IMG/VR virus record: IMGVR_UViG_3300025251_001740 | Coordinates: 1 to 39,438 of that record | Reading direction: 5' to 3' (one strand) | Origin: a virus | Lineage: Duplodnaviria > Caudoviricetes | DNA length: 39,438 bases | Shown: positions 1 to 8,927 of the stretch, piece by piece | Layout: each line of letters starts with the position of its first letter | Position numbering within the stretch: position 1 is the stretch's first letter | Made by a program: the position numbers and the translations under genes | Notes under the pieces: model-generated | Seen by the model: the letters and a program-made list of their open reading frames with translations, nothing else | What the model was told of the DNA's origin: nothing | Database searches by the model: none

Positions 1-133
1 GTCTTTGACTACAGGAAGCAACAAAAAGCGTCGTCATTCAGGGGCTATCGTAGAAGGATCCAACTCAATACAAGTATGGCTACGGCTGTAGGTTCCGGTC
101 TACAAATCACAATTAATCGGTTCCAAAATAACA

Positions 134-904
134 TTAAAATAATTCTACGTGAGCATCCCAATCTGAAGTAGAGGGTCTTCTAGGTTCCGACAAGGAAGCC
201 TCACCTCTAACAATCGCAGCACCCCATCCCGATGAGTCCTTACGATTCATGTAGTCAGGATTGAGGGGTCCCATCGTACCCGCATTAGCGTAGTACCACG
301 GCAGCTTTATTTTAGAGGTTCTCGTACATTGTTCAACACCTACAGGTCTATGAGTGTGCCCCCTTACAAATAACCTATGAGCATGACCCCCCACTATCTG
401 TGCCATCTGAAGGGTTTCGAGCTCATCACTATTAACTCCTGCATCAAAGCCGTGGTAGAAATATACCTGCCCAATTTTATAAAGCCCCTGCTTACATTTG
501 GTATAGGGTATCTGCTTCCACTTACGGAATAACTCTCCAAATTCATAGTGCTTGTTCCATGACAGCAAGGAACGTAATCCCCGTGGTGATCGCCTAGGAT
601 CTTTAGCCAAGATATTATCGTCATGGTTGCCATGAATCCAAATCAACTCAGTCTCTGGTGGTAATACACCCATGATGTCCGAGAGGTACTTATGCCCGTG
701 CTCGTACTCATCTTCGAGAGCATGCTCGAACTCCGAAGGGTGCACGGTAACCGCACCTGCATCAAACAAGTCTCCTAAAAATATAAATCGAGAGGGGGGG
801 TTAGCACATATACTAGCCAACATCCAACTCTTTGCATCTTCATTTTCAAAGGGAGTATGAACGCACGATATTGCTGCGAAGGTCGCTTTTCTTATTGGTT
901 CCAT
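134..904 (-). CDS. Calcineurin-like metallophosphoesterase
   Basis: Motifs in canonical order: ISCVH (DxH position, with C), GDLFD, GNHD, YHG, GHTH. Confidence 0.85.
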   Translation of the reverse strand: MEPIRKATFAAISCVHTPFENEDAKSWMLASICANPPSRFIFLGDLFDAGAVTVHPSEFEHALEDEYEHGHKYLSDIMGVLPPETELIWIHGNHDDNILAKDPRRSPRGLRSLLSWNKHYEFGELFRKWKQIPYTKCKQGLYKIGQVYFYHGFDAGVNSDELETLQMAQIVGGHAHRLFVRGHTHRPVGVEQCTRTSKIKLPWYYANAGTMGPLNPDYMNRKDSSGWGAAIVRGEASLSEPRRPSTSDWDAHVELF

Positions 905-3900
905 GCTTTAAATGGGTCAAACCCTTGCTCCTCTATTGGCTTTTCCTGCTCTAGTTTCTTCATGTGATTTCGAATTTCTTCTACAGCTTCTGGTGAAAGT
1001 GTTACGGTTTCGGGTCTTGCTGCTCCTGCTTTTGTTCTTGCTCCCGATGTCATACCAGCCATGGCTTCTTCTGGAGATGCTAAACCCATCTCTCTGTAAC
1101 GTTTTACTAGGGTACTTTGGTACAAACTCTTGTATGCAGCAGGTAGAGAATTTGCTATACGTTCTGTTCTTGCTACTTGTAGGTTACGAATACGTCTTCG
1201 CCATTGATCCTTAGATACCGTTAAAGGTACTCCAAATTTCTTTTTGAATTCTGCTTCAATACCACGAGCCTTTGATACATTCCCTCCAGTTAATAATGCA
1301 TTCATGTAATCACCCGTCATTTTATTAATGATATCTCGTTGACTTAATAAGTACCCGTCAACTTCTCCTGCTCGTGGATGATCTTCTAATTTTAAGCCAA
1401 GACCTCTTGTAATAATTGTGAACGGACTATCGTAACTTATTAGTCTTCCGTCTCCCGAATACACGGGACGATATCCGTCAGGTGTTTGTGTGTCCCAATC
1501 AACATAAGTTCTTTGGAGACTGTTAGCCATATCAGGCAAGTAAGTATCTCCTAGTTTTGGGAGCATTCCCATAGCCCGAACCGCAGAAATACCACCGGGG
1601 AAAACCGCAGGGAGAGAAGACTTTGCTAACTCTAAATCTCCTGTTACTATCTCTATAAAATCCATAGGGAGTTTAACTATAGGAGGAACAAAGCCAGCAT
1701 CCATTACCTCAAAGATAGGTTGAACCCCCACTCCTCTAGATAGATCTGTGCCCAACATCTCTTTACCGAATTCGTAAACTACAGCACCAGTACCCATGAG
1801 CCTTAACATGTCTGCAACAGTATGGTGTACTTGGATATCTGTACCACGGATCCTACGAGTGGGGGATATTCTCTTACCTGTTTGGAGCCAAGAAGTAAAG
1901 GCACGGGTAGGGAAACTTAAAAACTGACGACCCAAGGGGTTACTAAGTGCTTTACCTAAAGGACCCTCACCCATAAAAGCCGTAGGCATATTGATGGGGG
2001 TACCACCAAATTGTGTCTCTTGAACAAAGGTATCTACATCATTACGGAATCGGTAGAATTCTTCTTCGGTACTACTCCATTTACCCGCAGCAGCAGTAGG
2101 TACTTTTCTTCCCGCTTTTTGATACATCCTCTTCATTGTGTGGGCAGCAACATTACGGTTAAGAAGTTCTGCTTTTTCAAAGAGCTTCATCGGAAGACTT
2201 TGGGTTGCATATTTTAACCCGCTCTCTACTCCATAACGTTGGGTCCCTGCATAAGAAGCAATATCAATACTACCGAAAACATCTGGAGACATGCCAAGAG
2301 AATCAACAAACTCAAAGGACTTCTCCATAGCCCTTGCTCTCTCACGATCAGAGATGATTAGTTTTCCAGACTTCATTCTCTGTGCCCCGTAATCCATGAT
2401 CTCTAAGAATGCATCTTTGTAGGCAGGTAGGACATTATCAAGACCACCAAACATCGTGGCGTGTAGTAGAGGTTGCATTAAGTTCAACATTACACTGGAC
2501 ATGTTGACCCCTAAAAATCCTACATACAAACCCTTAGCCAAAGATCCCGAGATGCTTCTAGTTTGAGACATATCCAATAACCCATCAATAAAGTCTTCAC
2601 CGGGTTTACCCCAAGATCTAATAGTTTCTCCCAATCTACTTTCTGCAAAGGTTTCTAGTTGTGCTCGGGTCGTAGCTTGAAGCGATCTCATTGAAGCTTG
2701 TTGAGGATTAAGTCTTCCTGACATGTGAGGTAGTAAGGTATCTCTAAAAAATCCTTTAGCGTGATTGTTCTTAAATGCAACCCAATCATTACCCATGATA
2801 TCTGCTAGGGTAATACCTCCTGCAGGTTGAAGATGTCTTTTGTTTCCAGACATAAGATCATCTAAAGTGTCAGTAAAATACGCTATTTCTTTTCCCTCTA
2901 CCCAATCAGCAGGTGCTCTCCAAGGAGTCTTAGCCTTAAAGATATCACCTAGAGGGACACCCTCACTTGATCTCATTCCTTCAGGTGTTCTTTTAATAGT
3001 ATTATCTAGGGCTCTAAGTTTTCCGTATACTGCTGGGTCGTGCATTAATCTACCTGTACCCATAGGATCTTGTATAAGGTGAGGAAGATATCTAGACCAC
3101 ATCTCCGAAGAGTCTTTTAAGTATCTCTCCGTAGAGTTTATACCATCAAGAGTTAAAAACAAAGATTCAATTCCCATCTCTTCATTCTTACCTATAGCCT
3201 TGATTACTTTATCTTGATCGTGTAGTAACCCCTCTAGGACGGCTCTGTTATGTGTGCTTGGATTAGCAGCAACAGATTGTCGTGAGTGATTAATCAACCA
3301 CTCATAATCTTCGGGATGTAATCTTCTAGAACCAATAGTTCTATTCATAAGTCTACTTGTTTCAGCTAGACTTGAAGTATCTGTGGCACCTCTAAGTACA
3401 TATTCACTACTAAGTGCGTCTGAACCAGCAGACTTAAAAGTGTTTCTTGGAAGATAGTTACCCTCACTAAAGGAAGGTAAAAGGGAACCCTCCAAAAGCC
3501 TCATCAAATTTTCTTTCTTAGTAAAGGTAGACATTCTATACTGATGAACTTCTCTGTTCAAAAGCGTAGCAAGAATATCCGAACCCTTAGCATTAAGCAT
3601 TCCGGGTTGAACCAACTCTTCCATAGAACCTTTCAAGAAAAGATTGGCACCCTCAGTACCATCAAGAGCAGAGATAAGAGTGGTTAATTTTCTCTCGCTC
3701 AACTTAAACTCTCTACCTAAAACCCTCGCCATTTCTTGTTCATCACCCATCAATCGAGTAACTGCTTTGTCTAATACATTTCTTTTAGAGCCAATGATTG
3801 CTTTAATTTCATCATTAGCCAAAGCATTAAACTTGGCTTCATCCATTAGAGGAGGTAACTCTATTGTTTCATGCATGATCTTGATCTCATCAGGATCCAT

Positions 3901-4845
3901 GTATATGTCATGCAGACCTTCCGTTTTTCCTGCCTTCTTTAATGCTTGATTCTTAATATGAAGGGTTTCATATTCCTGATAAGGAATTGCATATCTACCC
4001 GGACCTTTATATTTTACTTCGGCCCCTAAGCCATCAAGGAACTTTTGACCTTTAGTCAAGTCTGCTTCCTTCATAACATAGTAAGTACCCATCTGCAATT
4101 CACTAAGGATTTCTTTGGTAGCTCTTTGCCTACCACTTAATCCAATAGCCACAAGTCTTCTAATGTCGTTAGCCAATCCCTCATGTTCTTTTCGAGGTTT
4201 GTACCTAGGATCAAAGATGCGAGGGGTAAACTTTTTAGGGTGTGCCAATCCCTCACTCCTAGCCATTACTTGAAGTATTTCTTCTAAGTTTCTAGGTGCT
4301 TCTTTAAATCCTAATTTTGTAAGTCTCTCTTTTCTTGCGGGATCTGAATAATACTTAACGAGAAATTCTGCTTCATCTTCATCCGCATACCTCAAAAATT
4401 TTGCTCTTTGAAGGGCATCTGCTTCAGCACCAACCGCCAACTTTGTATTGTCGGATATATGTCTAAAAGTAGAACCTCCCAAGTGATCAAGAAAAGTACC
4501 ATTATTATTAATGTATTTAGCCACATGTCGTCCGGAACCAAACACACTTCGTCCTGCTCTTAAAGCATCAACACCTGCAGGAGAAAACGCGAACCCCAAC
4601 CACACCCACGGGTTAGTGGCAATACCAATCATGGTTCTTAAGGCACGATTGTCTCCCCCATATTCATTTTTAAGTTTTTCTGTTAGGGAGAGTTGCTCTT
4701 GTGGAGTAAGGTTCGCTCTCTTAGAAGGAACCGTTAAATTCCACAGAGAACTTGGAGTTGCCGTACCCTCTAAGAATTGGTGAAGTGCAACCCCCGGTAT
4801 ATCAAAGGTACGAATCGGTTCAAATGGAGATGCTTGATATTCCAT
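892..4845 (-). CDS. Large internal virion/ejection-type protein (putative)
   Basis: 1317-aa helical ORF at the distal end of the structural module, where podoviruses place the large ejection protein; function inferred from position. Confidence 0.55.
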   Translation of the reverse strand: MEYQASPFEPIRTFDIPGVALHQFLEGTATPSSLWNLTVPSKRANLTPQEQLSLTEKLKNEYGGDNRALRTMIGIATNPWVWLGFAFSPAGVDALRAGRSVFGSGRHVAKYINNNGTFLDHLGGSTFRHISDNTKLAVGAEADALQRAKFLRYADEDEAEFLVKYYSDPARKERLTKLGFKEAPRNLEEILQVMARSEGLAHPKKFTPRIFDPRYKPRKEHEGLANDIRRLVAIGLSGRQRATKEILSELQMGTYYVMKEADLTKGQKFLDGLGAEVKYKGPGRYAIPYQEYETLHIKNQALKKAGKTEGLHDIYMDPDEIKIMHETIELPPLMDEAKFNALANDEIKAIIGSKRNVLDKAVTRLMGDEQEMARVLGREFKLSERKLTTLISALDGTEGANLFLKGSMEELVQPGMLNAKGSDILATLLNREVHQYRMSTFTKKENLMRLLEGSLLPSFSEGNYLPRNTFKSAGSDALSSEYVLRGATDTSSLAETSRLMNRTIGSRRLHPEDYEWLINHSRQSVAANPSTHNRAVLEGLLHDQDKVIKAIGKNEEMGIESLFLTLDGINSTERYLKDSSEMWSRYLPHLIQDPMGTGRLMHDPAVYGKLRALDNTIKRTPEGMRSSEGVPLGDIFKAKTPWRAPADWVEGKEIAYFTDTLDDLMSGNKRHLQPAGGITLADIMGNDWVAFKNNHAKGFFRDTLLPHMSGRLNPQQASMRSLQATTRAQLETFAESRLGETIRSWGKPGEDFIDGLLDMSQTRSISGSLAKGLYVGFLGVNMSSVMLNLMQPLLHATMFGGLDNVLPAYKDAFLEIMDYGAQRMKSGKLIISDRERARAMEKSFEFVDSLGMSPDVFGSIDIASYAGTQRYGVESGLKYATQSLPMKLFEKAELLNRNVAAHTMKRMYQKAGRKVPTAAAGKWSSTEEEFYRFRNDVDTFVQETQFGGTPINMPTAFMGEGPLGKALSNPLGRQFLSFPTRAFTSWLQTGKRISPTRRIRGTDIQVHHTVADMLRLMGTGAVVYEFGKEMLGTDLSRGVGVQPIFEVMDAGFVPPIVKLPMDFIEIVTGDLELAKSSLPAVFPGGISAVRAMGMLPKLGDTYLPDMANSLQRTYVDWDTQTPDGYRPVYSGDGRLISYDSPFTIITRGLGLKLEDHPRAGEVDGYLLSQRDIINKMTGDYMNALLTGGNVSKARGIEAEFKKKFGVPLTVSKDQWRRRIRNLQVARTERIANSLPAAYKSLYQSTLVKRYREMGLASPEEAMAGMTSGARTKAGAARPETVTLSPEAVEEIRNHMKKLEQEKPIEEQGFDPFKAWNQ

Positions 4846-4858
4846 CTAATTGATTATA
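4846..4858 (-). promoter_or_regulatory. Putative -10 box TATAAT for a leaderless transcript
   Basis: Minus strand reads TATAAT (4858-4853), caattag, ATG (4845); no Shine-Dalgarno. Confidence 0.55.
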
Positions 4859-4860
4859 TG

Positions 4861-4892
4861 AGAAACCGGACAGGCACGGAACCTGCCCGGTT
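4861..4892 (-). terminator. Putative intrinsic terminator
   Basis: AACCGGGCAGG-UUCCGUG-CCUGUCCGGUU 11-bp stem with one G.U, weak U tail, just after the stop at 4914. Confidence 0.6.
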
Positions 4893-4913
4893 GTATCCTC
4901 GACTCAAAAAGGA

Positions 4914-5336
4914 TTAACGTTGTCGTGTGCGGAGACGAATTTGAATCATAACACCAACGAGATCTGCTGAATCAGCATCACCATCATGTTCAACACCAAT
5001 CCAATTACCTGCAGGAATCAAGTTCGCTGTCTCAGTCATTGTAAAGGCTTGGGGTACACCTGCTGTAGCACCAGGCGTTAGTACAGAACTAATCGCACTA
5101 CCTGCAGAAGCAACACCAGTTGATCCGGTATTTAAAGTTATATCACCTGATGCATCAGTCACATTACATATAAAATGAGCTGCATCTACAATAGTATCTC
5201 GTTCACAGTAAAAAAGGAATTGCCCTTCTGCTGTTACAGCACCGTCATCCCAAACCGCATCTGGGACTGGAATTGATATTGTATGACAGATAAGGTCAGG
5301 ACATTCTTGAATGGGTAGAGGGGCTTCACCAGCCAT
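4914..5336 (-). CDS. Small beta-rich putative virion protein
   Basis: 140-aa Gly/Ala/Thr-rich ORF in operon spacing, followed by a hairpin. Confidence 0.55.
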   Translation of the reverse strand: MAGEAPLPIQECPDLICHTISIPVPDAVWDDGAVTAEGQFLFYCERDTIVDAAHFICNVTDASGDITLNTGSTGVASAGSAISSVLTPGATAGVPQAFTMTETANLIPAGNWIGVEHDGDADSADLVGVMIQIRLRTRQR

Positions 5337-5338
5337 AA

Positions 5339-5887
5339 TTAAACTCCAAGTTCTTGCATCAACTCATCTTGAGCCGATGGAGGTTCTTTGAACTGATCTT
5401 GAGCCATACTCATAGCCAGTTCTTCCATTAAATCTGTACGGGGTTGACCCCCAAAAACTACAGCGTCTTTGGGAAGGCTTCTACCCGCCATGACTTCATT
5501 ATAGAGATGTGGGTCGGCTACAGCAAGTCTCATGGTTGCTTGTTGCATCCTTCTCTGTAAATTTTCATATTCTAATCTAGTTCTAAGGGCCATCTGCTGT
5601 CCACGGTATCTTTCCTTAGAAGCTTGAATAGCATCTGAATAAGGATTCTCTGTGAATCCTTCCATAATAGGATCTACCATGACATCCTTAGTAAACGTCG
5701 TTCCAAAGTATGCAGCCGGACCCGCCATATAAGGGTTAATCTTCATTCCCCTTGCACTCATACCCGTAATTAAACCTTGGGTTTTATCTGCAACAGCAGC
5801 ACCTCCCCTACCAATAGCACGAGAAGCAGGAAAAGCACCCTCCCCTAAATATTTTGCTGCTTTTAAGAACGCACCTGCTAGTGGCAT
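5339..5887 (-). CDS. Hypothetical protein (internal-virion-like)
   Basis: 182 aa; Gly/Ala-rich N-terminus, helical C-terminus; stop/start overlap with the upstream gene at 5887. Confidence 0.6.
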   Translation of the reverse strand: MPLAGAFLKAAKYLGEGAFPASRAIGRGGAAVADKTQGLITGMSARGMKINPYMAGPAAYFGTTFTKDVMVDPIMEGFTENPYSDAIQASKERYRGQQMALRTRLEYENLQRRMQQATMRLAVADPHLYNEVMAGRSLPKDAVVFGGQPRTDLMEELAMSMAQDQFKEPPSAQDELMQELGV

Positions 5888-6882
5888 TAGAAAGTTCCTG
5901 TATTAACTAAATTAGCCAGATGATCCTGAACATCTGGAGGCATAAAAGAGGCTCTTGCTAACCGTGATTGTTTCGTTGCTACTATATTATCTAATTGCTC
6001 AGACATAAAGTTTTGTGCTTGTCCCATACCCTGTTTCTTGTATCTAGCAAAACTTCCCAATCTCTCCATTTCATCTACACCTAATTGCATGCGTGATATA
6101 TCATTAGACACAGCAGACCTTTGCTGCATACCGGGAACAAGCCCACCTTGCATAACAGCAAGAGCATTTCGTTGTTGTTCTGAACGTGCACCAAACCCAC
6201 CCCCTCTTCTCATAATATCATATAGCATCAACCCTAAGAATAAAGTGTTCGCTGCGGGACCAAGGAACCTAGTCCATTTAAGGGCTCCCTTTGCATTCTT
6301 TGCTGCTACTTTAGGATCATATGGAACCAATGTTTTACTAGGATCAACACCCCCAGAAGGAGCACCGGGATAAGTACCAATTGGACGACGAACCTCATTA
6401 GGTTTTCCCTTCTTCTGCCACCACCTCGTCTTCGTTCTTTTTTCTATTGTTGGACTATCCCAATTGGCTCCTCTAGGAATAGTACGTTCACCTCTACCCG
6501 GAGACCACTGACCTTGTCCCGCTACAGTTGCTGCGGGTGCTGCGGTTTGTGCTCCTGCCATAGGTTGAGGACCAATAAAAGGATGAGGACCCAATATTGG
6601 ACCTTGTTGTGGTGGCGGTAAAAAACCCTTCAACCCAACCTGAGGATTTCTAGCTCGTTGAGGAGTTCTTACTCTGTCGCTTCGCTGTCTTCGTTCGAGT
6701 CTTTCTCCGTAAGTACCTGCCTTAGCCATTTGAGCAGCAGCCCATGCTTGTGCTTTTGATTGATGCTTAGCAGTTAATTTTTGAGCCTTATCAAAAAGTC
6801 TTTGTAGAACAGCCTTCTTCTGGTTAGCCTTTACACCATTCTCTTTAGCCCATTGTTGTAATTGAAAATAATCAGGCGGCAT
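5887..6882 (-). CDS. Hypothetical basic, Pro/Gly/Gln-rich protein with hydrophobic helix (internal-virion-like)
   Basis: Start chosen at MPPDYF (6882) after GGGAGGGG; hydrophobic segment ANTLFLGLMLYDIM. Confidence 0.6.
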   Translation of the reverse strand: MPPDYFQLQQWAKENGVKANQKKAVLQRLFDKAQKLTAKHQSKAQAWAAAQMAKAGTYGERLERRQRSDRVRTPQRARNPQVGLKGFLPPPQQGPILGPHPFIGPQPMAGAQTAAPAATVAGQGQWSPGRGERTIPRGANWDSPTIEKRTKTRWWQKKGKPNEVRRPIGTYPGAPSGGVDPSKTLVPYDPKVAAKNAKGALKWTRFLGPAANTLFLGLMLYDIMRRGGGFGARSEQQRNALAVMQGGLVPGMQQRSAVSNDISRMQLGVDEMERLGSFARYKKQGMGQAQNFMSEQLDNIVATKQSRLARASFMPPDVQDHLANLVNTGTF

Positions 6883-8611
6883 TTCGTTCCCCTCCCATTG
6901 CTGACATGCCACCACCAAATAATCCCATAAGGATTAACAGAGGTAGTAACATCTTAAGATTACTAGTAGCTTTAACTCCTGACTGATGAGGACCCCCACT
7001 CATTAGCTTCTGGAATATGTTAGGTGCCTTTTCTATTCCTTTACCTGCTTTCCATGGCATTGACCCTTTAACTGGTTCTGGCATTCCAGCATGTTGAGCA
7101 GTAATCTGTTGTGCTCTTTCTGCAAGAAGTCCTCTTCTGCCCGCTTCTTCTACTGCCATTCCCATTTGACTGGGGTCTGGACGAATCCCGACTGGTGGTC
7201 TAGGAACATTAGGATCATACATTTGTGGTCCTGGTCGTGGTTGTCCGACTCCCTGTGGAATAATAGGCTCTCCCGGGGTTGCTCCCATAGACATTAAAGG
7301 ATGTGGAGCCCGTGGTCTTGTAGTAATAGGACCTTGTCGTTGTCCTTGTGGTGCTCCCGCAGCCCGTAACTCGCCCAGCCTTGTTTCCATGGCTACCTTT
7401 CTCTTAGCGGGTTCTAGTTCTCTTGCTGCTGCAGCTCCTCGTTGAATTTGAGATGCTGTGGGCTTACCTGTTGCAGATCCTTCTGCTAATAGTATTTCTC
7501 CTACATATGCTCCTCTTGCAGATTCCTTTGACATTCTGCCGGAAGTATAGAAACTTACTTCCTTAGTTAGAACGGGGTTACCTGCTTTAGCAACCGCATG
7601 TCCTAGCCAAGTTGATTCTGGTAATCTAAGAATTCTGTTAAGAGATGTTGCCATGCGATCTCTTTTAGCAGTTAAAATCCCTACTTCATCCTGAGCAGAT
7701 TTCCATATCTGCTCCAACGTCTCATTTACTACAGTAGAACTAACTTTCGGAACACTCTTACCTTTTGGTGGAACCATGCCCGGACCGACTCCTGCTGCTG
7801 CTTTTGGTAGTGATGCAAGATACTCTTGACTCCATACAGTATAAAGTTCTTCCGCAGTAGGTATCACCATTCCTGCAAGACCCTTCTCCAAAGCCATGTA
7901 GTCTGCATACATTCCTACTGCCTGACCACCTCTTTTTATATTCGCTGCAGATTCTGTGGTGCCTGGAACTAATCTAATGAGACTCTCTCTAGTAACATCT
8001 CCAACTTGAGGTCTTTTAAACCCCCCGCGTTTGCCTCTTTTTGTGGCGATAGCCTTTAGTGCGGGTCTATCTAAAGGCAACGCTACTGTTTTCGAACGAG
8101 CATATCTTTTTTGTGTTCCTGCAGGTGTGGCTCTACCTCTATATGTAACATCCTTAGTTGTTGGACCCTCAACAATAGATGCAGTAGGATCAACTACAGA
8201 TCTCTGTTGTGATAAAGGTAGAACATCTTGCAGAACCTTTCCTTGGGGACTAAGAGCCGAAACTCGTCCACCCGGCATAATAGATTCGTGACCTGCATAT
8301 TTACCAAACTCAATACCTCTAGAAGCTCCCGGCTGCCAACCACGATACGCATATTCCAAATGTATGATGTCGTCATATAACACACTGATATGTTCAGGAA
8401 GTAGTTTTTGCCCGGATTGTAAGAAAGGGGTTAAATAGTGAGTGAGTCTCATCTCGGCTGCAGCAGCACTTGCTGCACCTGTACCTCCACTAAGATACTT
8501 ACCCATTTGTTTTGAGGTTAGTCTCCTGCTCCTTTTCTTCTTCTTCTTCTCACCTTGAGCAGGTGTTCCTTTAGCAACTTGGATAACTTGTCCGGTTACA
8601 TCACGAGGCAT
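6872..8611 (-). CDS. Hypothetical basic protein with C-terminal hydrophobic segment (internal-virion-like)
   Basis: 579 aa; strong SD AAGGAGGT; KKKKKRSRR patch; C-terminal MLLPLLILMGLFGG. Confidence 0.65.
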   Translation of the reverse strand: MPRDVTGQVIQVAKGTPAQGEKKKKKRSRRLTSKQMGKYLSGGTGAASAAAAEMRLTHYLTPFLQSGQKLLPEHISVLYDDIIHLEYAYRGWQPGASRGIEFGKYAGHESIMPGGRVSALSPQGKVLQDVLPLSQQRSVVDPTASIVEGPTTKDVTYRGRATPAGTQKRYARSKTVALPLDRPALKAIATKRGKRGGFKRPQVGDVTRESLIRLVPGTTESAANIKRGGQAVGMYADYMALEKGLAGMVIPTAEELYTVWSQEYLASLPKAAAGVGPGMVPPKGKSVPKVSSTVVNETLEQIWKSAQDEVGILTAKRDRMATSLNRILRLPESTWLGHAVAKAGNPVLTKEVSFYTSGRMSKESARGAYVGEILLAEGSATGKPTASQIQRGAAAARELEPAKRKVAMETRLGELRAAGAPQGQRQGPITTRPRAPHPLMSMGATPGEPIIPQGVGQPRPGPQMYDPNVPRPPVGIRPDPSQMGMAVEEAGRRGLLAERAQQITAQHAGMPEPVKGSMPWKAGKGIEKAPNIFQKLMSGGPHQSGVKATSNLKMLLPLLILMGLFGGGMSAMGGERNAA

Positions 8612-8927
8612 CTGTTACCTCCTTCATTCTTTTAGCAACCTTTTCACTAGTTAAAGCCCCCACTCCCATATAGGATTTATCTTCGTCGGGCATGTAGGAA
8701 GACCAGATAGCAGCGTTCTCTCGTTGAAGTGCACGCTTCTTCCTGTTCTCCCACAAGAACTTACGAACACTTTTAACTTTTAAATCTTTACCTTTTTCTG
8801 CCAGACAAAATTCATCGTGGGACAAATTAACTAAGACCCCTTCAGAGTGGGGGTCTAATGTAATAACAGCAGACCCATTGTTAGCATGGTCATCAACTAA
8901 TTTACTAGATATCTTTTTCCAATTCAT
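8601..8927 (-). CDS. Hypothetical protein
   Basis: 108 aa; ATGA overlap with the upstream gene and short overlap with the downstream gene. Confidence 0.65.
   Translation of the reverse strand: MNWKKISSKLVDDHANNGSAVITLDPHSEGVLVNLSHDEFCLAEKGKDLKVKSVRKFLWENRKKRALQRENAAIWSSYMPDEDKSYMGVGALTSEKVAKRMKEVTDAS

Noticed and set aside
45-134. 29-codon minus-strand ORF coupled by TAATG to the phosphoesterase
   Set aside because: Too short and featureless to support
1-171. Possible circular join: the terminal ORF at 39304 would continue in frame into an open frame at 1-171
   Set aside because: No terminal repeat is visible, the frame match can arise by chance, and expected replication and lysis genes are missing, so the window is probably partial
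8525-8552. KKKKKRSRR as a nuclear localisation signal implying a eukaryotic host
   Set aside because: SD sites, -10 boxes and the terminase-portal-capsid layout are prokaryotic; a nucleic-acid-binding patch is the simpler reading
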